The position numbers were made by a program, and so were the translations under genes. Of a stretch of 64,000 nt of DNA, positions 9,531 through 17,209 are shown one piece after another; the first letter of the stretch is position 1; every line of letters starts with the position of its first letter. Source of the DNA: Oligoflexales bacterium (GTDB taxonomy: Bacteria; Bdellovibrionota_B; Oligoflexia; Oligoflexales; RGVZ01); NCBI GenBank assembly GCA_947479535.1, contig CANJZQ010000001.1:142324-206323 (forward strand), read 5' to 3'. The notes below the pieces were generated by a model. It saw only the letters and a list, made by a program, of their open reading frames with translations. It did not search any database and was not told the DNA's origin.

Positions 9531-9947
9531 ATGGCGGCTAAAAAGAAGACGACGAAGAAGACGACCAAGACAGTGGTGAAGGCGAAAGCCACCAAGACGG
9601 TAGCGAAGCCGGTTAAAGTCGGCCCGATCCCGTCCACCTCACGTCCGCGCACCAAGAGCGACATCATGAGCATCATTTCGGTTCAGACCGGATTGACCCG
9701 CAAAGATGTTGGCAACATGTTCAATACCCTCAGCGAAATGATGGGTATGGATATCGGCAAGAAGGGCCCAGGCGCATTTGTGATCCCAGGGATGATGAAG
9801 GTCACCCGCGTTCACAAGCCAGCCACCAAGGCTCGCAAAGGCATCAACCCGTTCACTGGCGAAGAGACCACGTTCAAAGCCAAGCCGGCTCGCAACGTTG
9901 TTAAAATCCGCCCGTTGAAGAGCTTGAAGGAAAAAGCAAACCACTAG
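9531..9947 (+). CDS. HU/IHF-family DNA-binding protein with Lys/Thr/Ala-rich N-terminal tail
   Basis: The C-terminal ~90 aa (LTRKDVGNMFNTLSEMM..FVIPGMMKV..GINPFTGEETTFKAKPARNVVKIRPLKSLK) is an HU fold with a DNA-binding arm. The N-terminal ~44 aa is MAAKKKTTKKTTKTVVKAKATKTVAKPVKV. GGAGGAG lies upstream of the ATG. Confidence 0.85.
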   Translation: MAAKKKTTKKTTKTVVKAKATKTVAKPVKVGPIPSTSRPRTKSDIMSIISVQTGLTRKDVGNMFNTLSEMMGMDIGKKGPGAFVIPGMMKVTRVHKPATKARKGINPFTGEETTFKAKPARNVVKIRPLKSLKEKANH

Positions 9948-9980
9948 TCGTGGTTCGCTAATTTCGTTCAGACACGGAAT

Positions 9981-10020
9981 TAAAAAAGAAGCCAGGCAGC
10001 AATGCCTGGCTTCTTTCATT
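9981..10020. terminator. Bidirectional rho-independent terminator
   Basis: Perfect 11 bp stem GAAGCCAGGCA (9988-9998) / TGCCTGGCTTC (10003-10013) with loop GCAA. An A-run precedes it and TTTCATTTC follows. It sits between convergent genes. Confidence 0.85.
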
Positions 10021-10037
10021 TCATCAGAGTGCAATGA

Positions 10038-10637
10038 TCAGCGATTTTTACGTTCCTGATTGCGGACGTATTCCAGAAATGCAGCCTTGTCTTCCATCAC
10101 GTTGAGAGACGTTGCGTGGGCTGCATGGCGCTTGTTCATTCGACCGCCGCCGCCACCGCCGCCGTGCCTGCTGGCGTTGTTACCGCCACCCTGACCCTGG
10201 TACCCGCTTGGCTTGTTGGAATGCCCTTGGCGTACGTTACCTTGGCGCTGCTGTTGTTGTTGCTGTTGTTGCGGGCTGCCGCCGCCGCGCATGGCACTTT
10301 TGCGCTCCACGATCTCCCACGCCCGAAGGACCAGACCTTCCGCGAGAAGTTCCGACGCGAGATCGTCGACGCTGACGCCCTCTTCACGTGCACTTTGCTC
10401 TAGACGCTTTTTCAGGGTCTTGGACACCTGAAGATTGAGACCTGAAGTGCCGGCCATGGAATCGGATTCAACGTGACCGTGTGCGGTTTTTGCCGGGGTA
10501 TTACCGATTTCCTGAGCTTGGTTGAAGTCTTCATTGAAGTCTTCGTTGTGAGGCATCGAATCCTCTTCCGTTGAATGGGTGTCGCGAGGTTTCTTGGGGA
10601 GGGCGCGGTTGCCATCCGGGATCGGCTTGTTGGGCAT
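10038..10637 (-). CDS. Ribbon-helix-helix-like protein with poly-Gln and poly-Gly low-complexity tail
   Basis: LNLQVSKTLKKRLEQSAREEGVSVDDLASELLAEGL fits a beta-alpha-alpha RHH/CopG pattern. It is followed by QQQQQQQQ and GGGGGGG runs. Confidence 0.5.
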   Translation of the reverse strand: MPNKPIPDGNRALPKKPRDTHSTEEDSMPHNEDFNEDFNQAQEIGNTPAKTAHGHVESDSMAGTSGLNLQVSKTLKKRLEQSAREEGVSVDDLASELLAEGLVLRAWEIVERKSAMRGGGSPQQQQQQQQRQGNVRQGHSNKPSGYQGQGGGNNASRHGGGGGGGRMNKRHAAHATSLNVMEDKAAFLEYVRNQERKNR

Positions 10638-10700
10638 GAAAATCCTTAGGTAATCCAGGGTGTTGACGCTGTTTGCGCCGCAATCTGTTTCGATGCACTT

Positions 10701-12029
10701 CTACTTTTGTTTCTTGGCTGGGCCGACCGTTTGTGTGGGAGCCACCGGCGTCCAGACTGACTTACACGCTAGGAAATCAGTGTGGTCTTGGTTTGCCTTA
10801 CCCCGACTTTCCAAGTCAAGCGAGAAATCATAGCGACCCCGATCCATGCGACTGATATCGACAAAAAAACCTGTAGTTACGGCATTCTTTCTAAACCAAC
10901 GGATTACGTCCCCCGGGATTCCGGACTTGTCGTCTGGCTCTCCAGCCTGCCAGACATGAGGCAAGGTTCCGCTGCGGGCCAAATCCCGGTCCAAGGTGGC
11001 CGACAGCACGAGGCCTGCCGGATGCTCTACCGAAACCCGGGCTGGGCCATCGCCGGTCCTTTCCAGTTTCGGCGTCACCTTTCCCGAGAGTTGTAGCCCA
11101 TAGGCAAAGCCACTGCCTGACCCCAAGAGTTTGTCCGGTGAAAATGGGATATCCACCACAGAAGGAATTTGAAAACGACTGCGATAGAACACGAGTTCGC
11201 TGAAGAGATGGGCTTTAACGAGGCTCCAGAATGCACTGTATTTGCTGCCAACGGCGACAATGGTTCTGATTGGCCCCGATCGCCAGCTTTCAATGGCGCC
11301 AGCAAGATCCTTGTTGGATTTCGAAATGACGGGGAAGCCCCACGGTGGCTTCAGCCAAATGGCAAAGCTGCCTTCCTGATGGATGGTGATGAAGTCATCT
11401 TTTTTTTCGCTCCCTGACGGGATTTCAAGTCGCCCCATCGCTGCGGGGTTTTGCTCATTGAACCGGTATCGGTAGGCAGCGGTTTGAATGGTCTGAAGTT
11501 CAGGATTGAAGGCCACAGCATCTGGCAGGTCAACAACAGGCAATCCGGTCACAAACAGAACCTGTGCCGTTTTCGATCCTGCGGTGAGATCGACGCGCCA
11601 GGCCTTTATGCTTTTTTCAGCTGGAATAATGCCGCGGATTGTTTCCTTTTGTAGTTTTCTTAACCATGCCATGGCTGCTGGGTCAGTGAATGATTGAGCT
11701 TCGGAAAAATTTTCTGGCAGTTCAATGACCAGTTCGTCCTTGTGGTTGAAGCGGCTATCTCCACCGTCGGCAGTGAAAGGCAGGCCGTGTTCAAGGACAT
11801 AGTCACCATTTCCGTCACGCTCATCAATTTGGATGGAAGCCCGTTTCCAGACTTTTCCGTTCGTCAGATAAGCGCGCAGGCCTCGAACCGGGACCGTAAA
11901 TGTTCCAGGGGCCCGCGAGGGAGCCTTTTCTGGAATCGTCTGGCAAACCAGGGCAGAGGCGGGTCCTGCCGAGGCGAGCCATGTGATCGACACGAGCAAG
12001 ACGAGCCATGCGCTGGGTCGAACCCTCAA
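10701..12029 (-). CDS. Hypothetical secreted protein (442 aa)
   Basis: TTG start overlaps the pepP stop by 4 nt (TTGA). The N-terminus (M)RVRPSAWLVLLVSITWLASAGPASA is a signal peptide. No family recognised. Confidence 0.55.
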   Translation of the reverse strand: MRVRPSAWLVLLVSITWLASAGPASALVCQTIPEKAPSRAPGTFTVPVRGLRAYLTNGKVWKRASIQIDERDGNGDYVLEHGLPFTADGGDSRFNHKDELVIELPENFSEAQSFTDPAAMAWLRKLQKETIRGIIPAEKSIKAWRVDLTAGSKTAQVLFVTGLPVVDLPDAVAFNPELQTIQTAAYRYRFNEQNPAAMGRLEIPSGSEKKDDFITIHQEGSFAIWLKPPWGFPVISKSNKDLAGAIESWRSGPIRTIVAVGSKYSAFWSLVKAHLFSELVFYRSRFQIPSVVDIPFSPDKLLGSGSGFAYGLQLSGKVTPKLERTGDGPARVSVEHPAGLVLSATLDRDLARSGTLPHVWQAGEPDDKSGIPGDVIRWFRKNAVTTGFFVDISRMDRGRYDFSLDLESRGKANQDHTDFLACKSVWTPVAPTQTVGPAKKQK

Positions 12030-13360
12030 AAGCGATCCTCGAGCTCAGCAACCGATTTTGCGATTCCTGCGGTGATGATTTCGTGTCCTGATGCGGTGAT
12101 CAAGACATCATCTTCGATCCGGATCCCGATTCCCCGAAATGCAGCCGGTGCAACTTCGTCAGAGGGATCGACATAAAGGCCGGGTTCCACGCTGAAGTAC
12201 ATTCCTGGTGCCAGGGCGATGGGTTTTTCGTTTTCGGTGTAGTCGCCCACGTCATGCACATCCATGCCAATCCAATGGCTGGTGTTGTGGGGAAAAAATC
12301 TTTTGTAAGTCTGATTTTCTTTTATTTCGTCGCGCGAGCCTTGGAGCAGTTTGATCTCACGCAGCCCGTCAACCAGAACGTTTAGTCCGGCCTCGTGGAT
12401 CGCGGGCAGATTGCTGCCTGGTTGTGCAACCGCAATGGCGGCTTCCTGGGCCGACAAAACGATTTCATAAAGGGCTTTTTGTTCAGGCGTGAACTTGCGT
12501 CCAATGGGGAAAGTCCGTGTGACGTCGGAGGCGTAATAATCACGCTGGGCACCGGCATCAACAAGCAGAAGATCACCGTCACGGAGTTTCATGTTGTTAC
12601 TGCGGTAATGAAGGACGCATGCATTTGCCCCGCCAGCCACGATTGAACCGTAGGCTTCCATCTCGGCGCCGTTGCGCAGGAATTCACCGAGGATCAGTCC
12701 GTGGACATCACGCTCGGATTGGCCGGGGCGAACCGTATCGTAGATTTTTTTAAAAGTGGCTCGCGTCACTGCCGCGGCCGCACGCATGCGGTCCACCTCC
12801 TCGCTTGACTTGCGCAGGCGCATTTGTCCGGCAATACCCCAGGCATCCAACACCGGCAGCTGCCATCCTCGCGTGCGTCCGATCAGGCGCTTGTGACGTC
12901 CAATGGCAGCGATGACCTGCTCGTCGTCATGCGGGCTCGTCCCAAAATGGTAATAAAGGGTTTCAGCCTGACCCAGAAGTTGTGGGAGCATCGTCCACAA
13001 CTGGTCGATCCGAAAGGCCTTGTCGACTCCGATTCGAGAGGCGGCTGCCGCTGTGCCCAGGCGCAAACCCTCCCACAGCTCAACCGCTGGATCTTTTTCG
13101 CGTACGAACAAGATCATCTGTTCGCCTTCAGCTGCCTTCGGCAAAAGAAGCAGCGCCGATTCGGGCTCTTCGCATCCCGTCAGGTAATGCATGACGCTGT
13201 CTTGGCGGTAGGAATGTTCGACGTTGCTGTTTCGCAGTGCCGTCGGTTGGGCGATGACGAGCATGGCTCCACCGTTAAGCAGGTGCAGGCATTTTTCCAT
13301 CCTGGCGCGATAGTTGATCGGAGCAATTTCAGAAGAGTCAGTTGATTTGATATTAGTCAC
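12026..13360 (-). CDS. pepP: Xaa-Pro aminopeptidase (M24B, PepP)
   Basis: Motifs LLLVDAGAQRDYYASDVTRTFP, HNTSHWIGMDVHD, SVEPGLY and GIRIEDD (metal ligands). GTG 13360 gives 444 aa. The track start 13501 adds a Pro-rich, probably non-coding, extension. Confidence 0.85.
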   Translation of the reverse strand: MTNIKSTDSSEIAPINYRARMEKCLHLLNGGAMLVIAQPTALRNSNVEHSYRQDSVMHYLTGCEEPESALLLLPKAAEGEQMILFVREKDPAVELWEGLRLGTAAAASRIGVDKAFRIDQLWTMLPQLLGQAETLYYHFGTSPHDDEQVIAAIGRHKRLIGRTRGWQLPVLDAWGIAGQMRLRKSSEEVDRMRAAAAVTRATFKKIYDTVRPGQSERDVHGLILGEFLRNGAEMEAYGSIVAGGANACVLHYRSNNMKLRDGDLLLVDAGAQRDYYASDVTRTFPIGRKFTPEQKALYEIVLSAQEAAIAVAQPGSNLPAIHEAGLNVLVDGLREIKLLQGSRDEIKENQTYKRFFPHNTSHWIGMDVHDVGDYTENEKPIALAPGMYFSVEPGLYVDPSDEVAPAAFRGIGIRIEDDVLITASGHEIITAGIAKSVAELEDRF

Positions 13361-13509
13361 GGGATCCGCCTTTTTTGATCCACCTGTTTTTGCTGTTTTT
13401 ATCCAATATGGCAAGGGGAAGGCAGGGAAACTCAAGATCAGAAGGCCAGGAATCTGCAGGGCCGGGGGTAGGTAGGGGGGGAGACCGGCCCCCGCAAACA
13501 ATCTTGCAG

Positions 13510-13653
13510 AAAGAGGGGGGCCAGTCTTGCAGCCTTGGTGGCAGCGGTCTTAAAAGACCGTCACCTCCGTGCTACTGGTACAACAACCTTGAACCATGAG
13601 CACCACCTCCTCTCCTGGACCTTGGTCCATGGGGCATTTTCCAGCCCCTCTTT
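13510..13653 (-). other. Structured non-coding element (candidate sRNA or leader) with 15-codon mini-ORF
   Basis: AAAGAGGGG (13510-13518) is complementary to CCCCTCTTT (13645-13653), and CCAG pairs with CUGG. There are internal hairpins. Two GGAGGTG motifs lie on the minus strand, one 8 nt before ATG 13597 (MVQGCCTSSTEVTVF, stop at 13550). Confidence 0.3.
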
Positions 13654-14248
13654 ATATTTTAGCAAATAGATTATCTTTGTAGAACTTAAGCTCTTCGATG
13701 CTCTCGCGTATGTCATCGAGAGCGCGGTGATTTCCCTTTTTTTTCGCCTTTTTATCAAGAATGCCAGGGTGCCACCTCCGGGCAAGTTCCTTGACCGTGC
13801 TGACGTCAATCATCCGGTAATGCAGGTATTGATCGATCGGTTTCATGTACTTTGCGATGAACCGACGGTCCTGCCAGATCGAATTTCCGCACAATGGACT
13901 TTTGCGTGGCTGGCTGTGCTGTTTGATGAAGTCCAGGGTCTGACGTTCGGCCTCATCGAGGCTTAAGGTTGAATCAAGAACGGCGCTCCATAGTCCGGAT
14001 TTCCTGTGGTGTTCACGGTTCCAGTCGTCCATGCCCTCGAGAAGTTCCTTCTCGTGATGGATCACGAGTTCTGGGCCTTCTGCGATGATTTCCAGGGATC
14101 CTGTGGTGATGATGGTCGCGACCTCAAGGATGACATCCTTTTCAGGTTCGAGCCCGCTCATCTCCATGTCGATCCAGATCAGAGGTGCATAGGTTTCAGC
14201 ACCCGGTATTTTTTCTTTGCTGGCGTTTTCCATGTTTGTCCTGTCCAT
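13652..14248 (-). CDS. orn: Oligoribonuclease
   Basis: Motifs LIWIDMEMSGLEP (DEDD exo I), CGNSIWQDRRF and HRALDDIRESIEELKFY (exo III). Length is about 197 aa. Confidence 0.9.
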   Translation of the reverse strand: MDRTNMENASKEKIPGAETYAPLIWIDMEMSGLEPEKDVILEVATIITTGSLEIIAEGPELVIHHEKELLEGMDDWNREHHRKSGLWSAVLDSTLSLDEAERQTLDFIKQHSQPRKSPLCGNSIWQDRRFIAKYMKPIDQYLHYRMIDVSTVKELARRWHPGILDKKAKKKGNHRALDDIRESIEELKFYKDNLFAKI

Positions 14249-14256
14249 GCCGTTCG

Positions 14257-15006
14257 TTACTTTTCATCGATGTTGAATTGAAAAACTGGCGCACGCCACG
14301 CAATCCATTCGAAAATCTCGTTAACTTGGGCGCCAGCGACGTGAATCTTTACAGAAGGATCGTGCTGAATATTCCGGATCACGGACAGTTCTGTGAATTC
14401 AGTTGTCAAAAAATTAGTCCAACCCCCGGCGCTGTCGCTCCACCCTCGGGCACCTGCCCTGAGAACCGCCTTGTGAAAATCTTCTTCACTGGATTTTGGT
14501 GCTTTTTTTACCAGAATGTTTCCCACCCGGTGGCCCAGATAGTCCGGATAATCTTTTTGCCCGAGGTTTGCCACCATGGATGAGTTCAGCGCACTGGTTT
14601 TTAGATCAATTGGGAGGTTCACCAAGAAATGGTGGTTTGGTGACCTTATGACTGCGCGGGCCCATGCATCCTGCGGGGAGGCCTCGGGAACAGACAGCCA
14701 GAACGTGACTTCTCCATCGCCGAAAGCATTTTCATGCAGTCCGATGGATCCAGCATAGGTCCTGACGAGGTGCCTGATCCGGTCCCGGTAAGCCTCTTTT
14801 GGAAAACTTGTGGTCGTCTCATCGATCCTGAAAATATACGCCTCGTCAGTCTCGCAGACTTGGACCGCTGGATCGGGGTCATCTGACGGAATTCCCGTGC
14901 AGTTGGTTCCGGCAAACGCCGCACCCGGCGTTGCTGCAGCCAATGCCACCAACCCCATGCTGAGCAAGCTATTCCTGATTCCATCTGAAGCTTTTGAACC
15001 CTGCAA
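14257..15006 (-). CDS. Hypothetical secreted protein
   Basis: Signal-like SLLSMGLVALAAATPGAAFA. No family recognised. Confidence 0.5.
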   Translation of the reverse strand: MQGSKASDGIRNSLLSMGLVALAAATPGAAFAGTNCTGIPSDDPDPAVQVCETDEAYIFRIDETTTSFPKEAYRDRIRHLVRTYAGSIGLHENAFGDGEVTFWLSVPEASPQDAWARAVIRSPNHHFLVNLPIDLKTSALNSSMVANLGQKDYPDYLGHRVGNILVKKAPKSSEEDFHKAVLRAGARGWSDSAGGWTNFLTTEFTELSVIRNIQHDPSVKIHVAGAQVNEIFEWIAWRAPVFQFNIDEK

Positions 15007-15248
15007 TTTAAAACCTCCCGGGACAATCGCGTCGTCCCAGGGAAAGGCTTCGGGGTCTCAATTTTTATATTTAGAAAAAAATAATTGGGACAAACTCAAA
15101 AAAATTTAAATGTACCTGTGGGATCAGATTCTTGTCCTGCAGGGTTCGCTAAATCGAAAATTGGATTTTTGGACTAGATTAGCCAAGAACTCCTGATAAG
15201 ATGCCAACTTGTCCCTTCATTTTGACGGATTTCAAACAGGAGTGCGCT

Positions 15249-16355
15249 GTGGTGATGACACTGAAGCGATTGGTTCAATTCCGTATGGTCCCTGCTGCTG
15301 CGGCTGGGTTTTTATTTTTTGCGTCTGGCTTTGCTGCCACTCTGGCCATGGGGGCGGATAACGACGCGGCTTTTAAGGTTGCCGGCAAGGTTGTGACCAT
15401 GAAAGAGGTGAAGAAGGCCAACGAAGGCGAGTTCTTCGAACTTGAAAAGCGGCGCTACGGATTGATCGAACAGGCAGCTCGCGAAAAATACCTCGAGCAT
15501 TACTGGCAAAAGCTTGCCAAAGATTCCGGTAAATCAGTCGCGGCAGCCAAGTCTGATTATATGGAAAAAAACGGGAAGGTCTCCGACGATGAGGTCAAGG
15601 CAACCCTCGATCAGTTCAAGGATCATCCCCAGCTTTCAAAAATGCCAAAGCCTGAGCAAGAAAAACAGGTCAAGGAATACTTGAAGAGCCGCAAGGGTGA
15701 GGAGTCACTCGAAAAGATTCTCGACGCCGCGCGCAAGTCGAAGGATCTCGTTATTTTGGCAACAGCTCCAAAAGAGCCTGTTTTCAATATCGCGATCAAC
15801 AGCACGGATAAGGTCCGTTATGCCGCAATCAAGGACGGCACCGATCCAACGGTTGCCGTCGGTTGTTCCGGCAACGACTGCGCAATCACCATTGTCGAGT
15901 ACTCTGAATTTCAGTGTCCGTTCTGCAAGCGGACTTTGCCCGCGGCCGAACAAGTGATGGCTGAGTACAAGGGAAAGGTTCGCTGGGTCGTCCGCGATTT
16001 CCCTCTTAGCTTCCACGATCGCGCCAAACCCGCAGCCATTGCTGCCTCCTGCGCTGGTCAACAAAACAAATACTGGCAGATGTACAAAGCCATTTTCGAC
16101 AACCAGCAAAAGCTGGCTGATGCGGACCTTGAGAGTCACGCTAAAACGGCAGGGGTGGATTTGAAGCGTTGGAAATCTTGCGTGAAGGACCCCAAAGGCC
16201 TCGAAGAGCAGATCGACGCCAACATGAAATCGGGGATGACTTACGGTGTCAATGGCACGCCGGCTTTCTTCGTCAATGGCAGGAGATTGTCCGGAGCTGT
16301 TGCGTTTAACGAGTTCCGTCGCGTCATCGAAGACGAGTTAAACGCAAAGAAATAG
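15249..16355 (+). CDS. Periplasmic DsbA-family thiol:disulfide oxidoreductase with N-terminal chaperone-like extension
   Basis: EFQCPFCKR (CxxC) lies in a thioredoxin-fold C-terminal half, with GVNGTPAFFVNG. There is an N-terminal signal/anchor. GTG 15249 is 6 nt after AGGAG; the start is uncertain (15201/15255 are alternatives). Confidence 0.8.
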   Translation: MVMTLKRLVQFRMVPAAAAGFLFFASGFAATLAMGADNDAAFKVAGKVVTMKEVKKANEGEFFELEKRRYGLIEQAAREKYLEHYWQKLAKDSGKSVAAAKSDYMEKNGKVSDDEVKATLDQFKDHPQLSKMPKPEQEKQVKEYLKSRKGEESLEKILDAARKSKDLVILATAPKEPVFNIAINSTDKVRYAAIKDGTDPTVAVGCSGNDCAITIVEYSEFQCPFCKRTLPAAEQVMAEYKGKVRWVVRDFPLSFHDRAKPAAIAASCAGQQNKYWQMYKAIFDNQQKLADADLESHAKTAGVDLKRWKSCVKDPKGLEEQIDANMKSGMTYGVNGTPAFFVNGRRLSGAVAFNEFRRVIEDELNAKK

Positions 16356-16399
16356 CGTAAGTATCTGTAATCAAAAGTGATTATTGTTTTGAGAATAAA

Positions 16400-16448
16400 C
16401 CTCCGCGTCTTGATGCCGAAGAGAGTGGCTAAGGACGCGGGGGTTTTT
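16400..16448 (+). terminator. Candidate rho-independent terminator after the dsbA-like gene
   Basis: CCTCCGCGTC (16400-16409) pairs with GACGCGGGGG (16434-16443), followed by TTTTT. The large 24 nt loop lowers confidence. Confidence 0.4.
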
Positions 16449-16449
16449 C

Positions 16450-16869
16450 ATGTCTGAACCAAAAGAGAATCGCAGGACCGCCAGGATGCGGCTGAAGGAC
16501 CCGATGTCGGTCACCATCAACTCGATGGGTGACGCCGTGGTTTATGAGACGTCCACACGCAATCTCTCTCAAACCGGTTTTTTTCTCGAGTTTGATCGCC
16601 CTTCAAGATTTCCTTTCAGTGCTGCGAGCATTCTGGAAGTCCGGCTGCAGTTTCCGGATGGAGCGAGTATTTTTTTCAACGGCAAGGTGGCTCGCGTCGT
16701 AAATTCTGGTGATCCCGCTGCGAAGGAAACCGGCACGGGAATCGGGATCAAGATCGTTCAAATAGACGCCAAGTCTGAAAATATCCTGCGGGCTTTCTTG
16801 GACAAGGTTTTTATCGAACAGCAACGGGCCATCAAGGCGGATTCTGGAAATTCAGAGGGTGCTGCCTAG
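16450..16869 (+). CDS. PilZ domain protein (c-di-GMP binding)
   Basis: An RxxxR motif (NRRTARMR) and a D/NxSxxG motif (NLSQTGFFL) are at the expected spacing. Small beta-barrel-sized protein. Confidence 0.75.
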   Translation: MSEPKENRRTARMRLKDPMSVTINSMGDAVVYETSTRNLSQTGFFLEFDRPSRFPFSAASILEVRLQFPDGASIFFNGKVARVVNSGDPAAKETGTGIGIKIVQIDAKSENILRAFLDKVFIEQQRAIKADSGNSEGAA

Positions 16870-16918
16870 TTGGCAGGCTTCGCGCGAAAAATCATGATAA
16901 AGTTCAGTTTAAACTTTG

Positions 16919-16927
16919 TGCTAGAAT
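16919..16927 (+). promoter_or_regulatory. Candidate extended -10 promoter element for the small ORF at 16957
   Basis: TGcTAGAAT at 16919-16927. It is followed by the hairpin AATCAGG-AATTA-CCTGATT (16925-16943) and then GGGAG 8 nt before ATG 16957. Confidence 0.3.
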
Positions 16928-16956
16928 CAGGAATTACCTGATTGGGAGATTTTATT

Positions 16957-17196
16957 ATGGAATGGAAATCTGTCAAAGTGCCATCAGGATCAAAGTTGTT
17001 CAAGGCTCACAATTTCACTTTCATGAACAAGGGTCATTCCTGGCACCTTGAAGTTGATGAGTTCTCTGATGGGACGTTCTCTGGTCACGGAGAACATTCC
17101 ACGGATCGCAACAGTTTTGTGGAATCCGTGAGCGGCCGCTCCCTGAGTGACTGCTTGACGGCTTTGATCGAGCGAGTCCAGAATCGTAATCCCTAA
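16957..17196 (+). CDS. Small hypothetical protein (79 aa)
   Basis: ATG with a GGGAG SD at 8 nt. No family recognised. Confidence 0.4.
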   Translation: MEWKSVKVPSGSKLFKAHNFTFMNKGHSWHLEVDEFSDGTFSGHGEHSTDRNSFVESVSGRSLSDCLTALIERVQNRNP

Positions 17197-17209
17197 ATAA
17201 TTTTTAAAG

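Noticed and set aside
10141-10271. Trinucleotide-like repeats (GCC/GCG run, CTG/TTG run) that might look like a microsatellite or repeat array.
   Set aside because: They are in frame inside a coding sequence and encode the poly-G and poly-Q tracts. They are not CRISPR or a non-coding VNTR.
12026-13501. Longest-ORF N-terminal extensions in the track (pepP to 13501, pnp to 27190, rpsO to 27522, carD from 27821, GNAT to 34967, flgI from 41458, pssA from 60411, and others).
   Set aside because: Internal starts with good SD spacing give canonical protein lengths and N-termini. The extensions overlap neighbouring genes or structured RNA.
13501-13655. Considered whether the structured orn-pepP element is SRP (4.5S) RNA or 6S RNA.
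   Set aside because: I could not find the conserved SRP helix-8 motif (GGAA tetraloop with AGCA/GGAAG loops). The length (~145 nt) and layout do not clearly fit 6S. It is kept only as an unclassified candidate.
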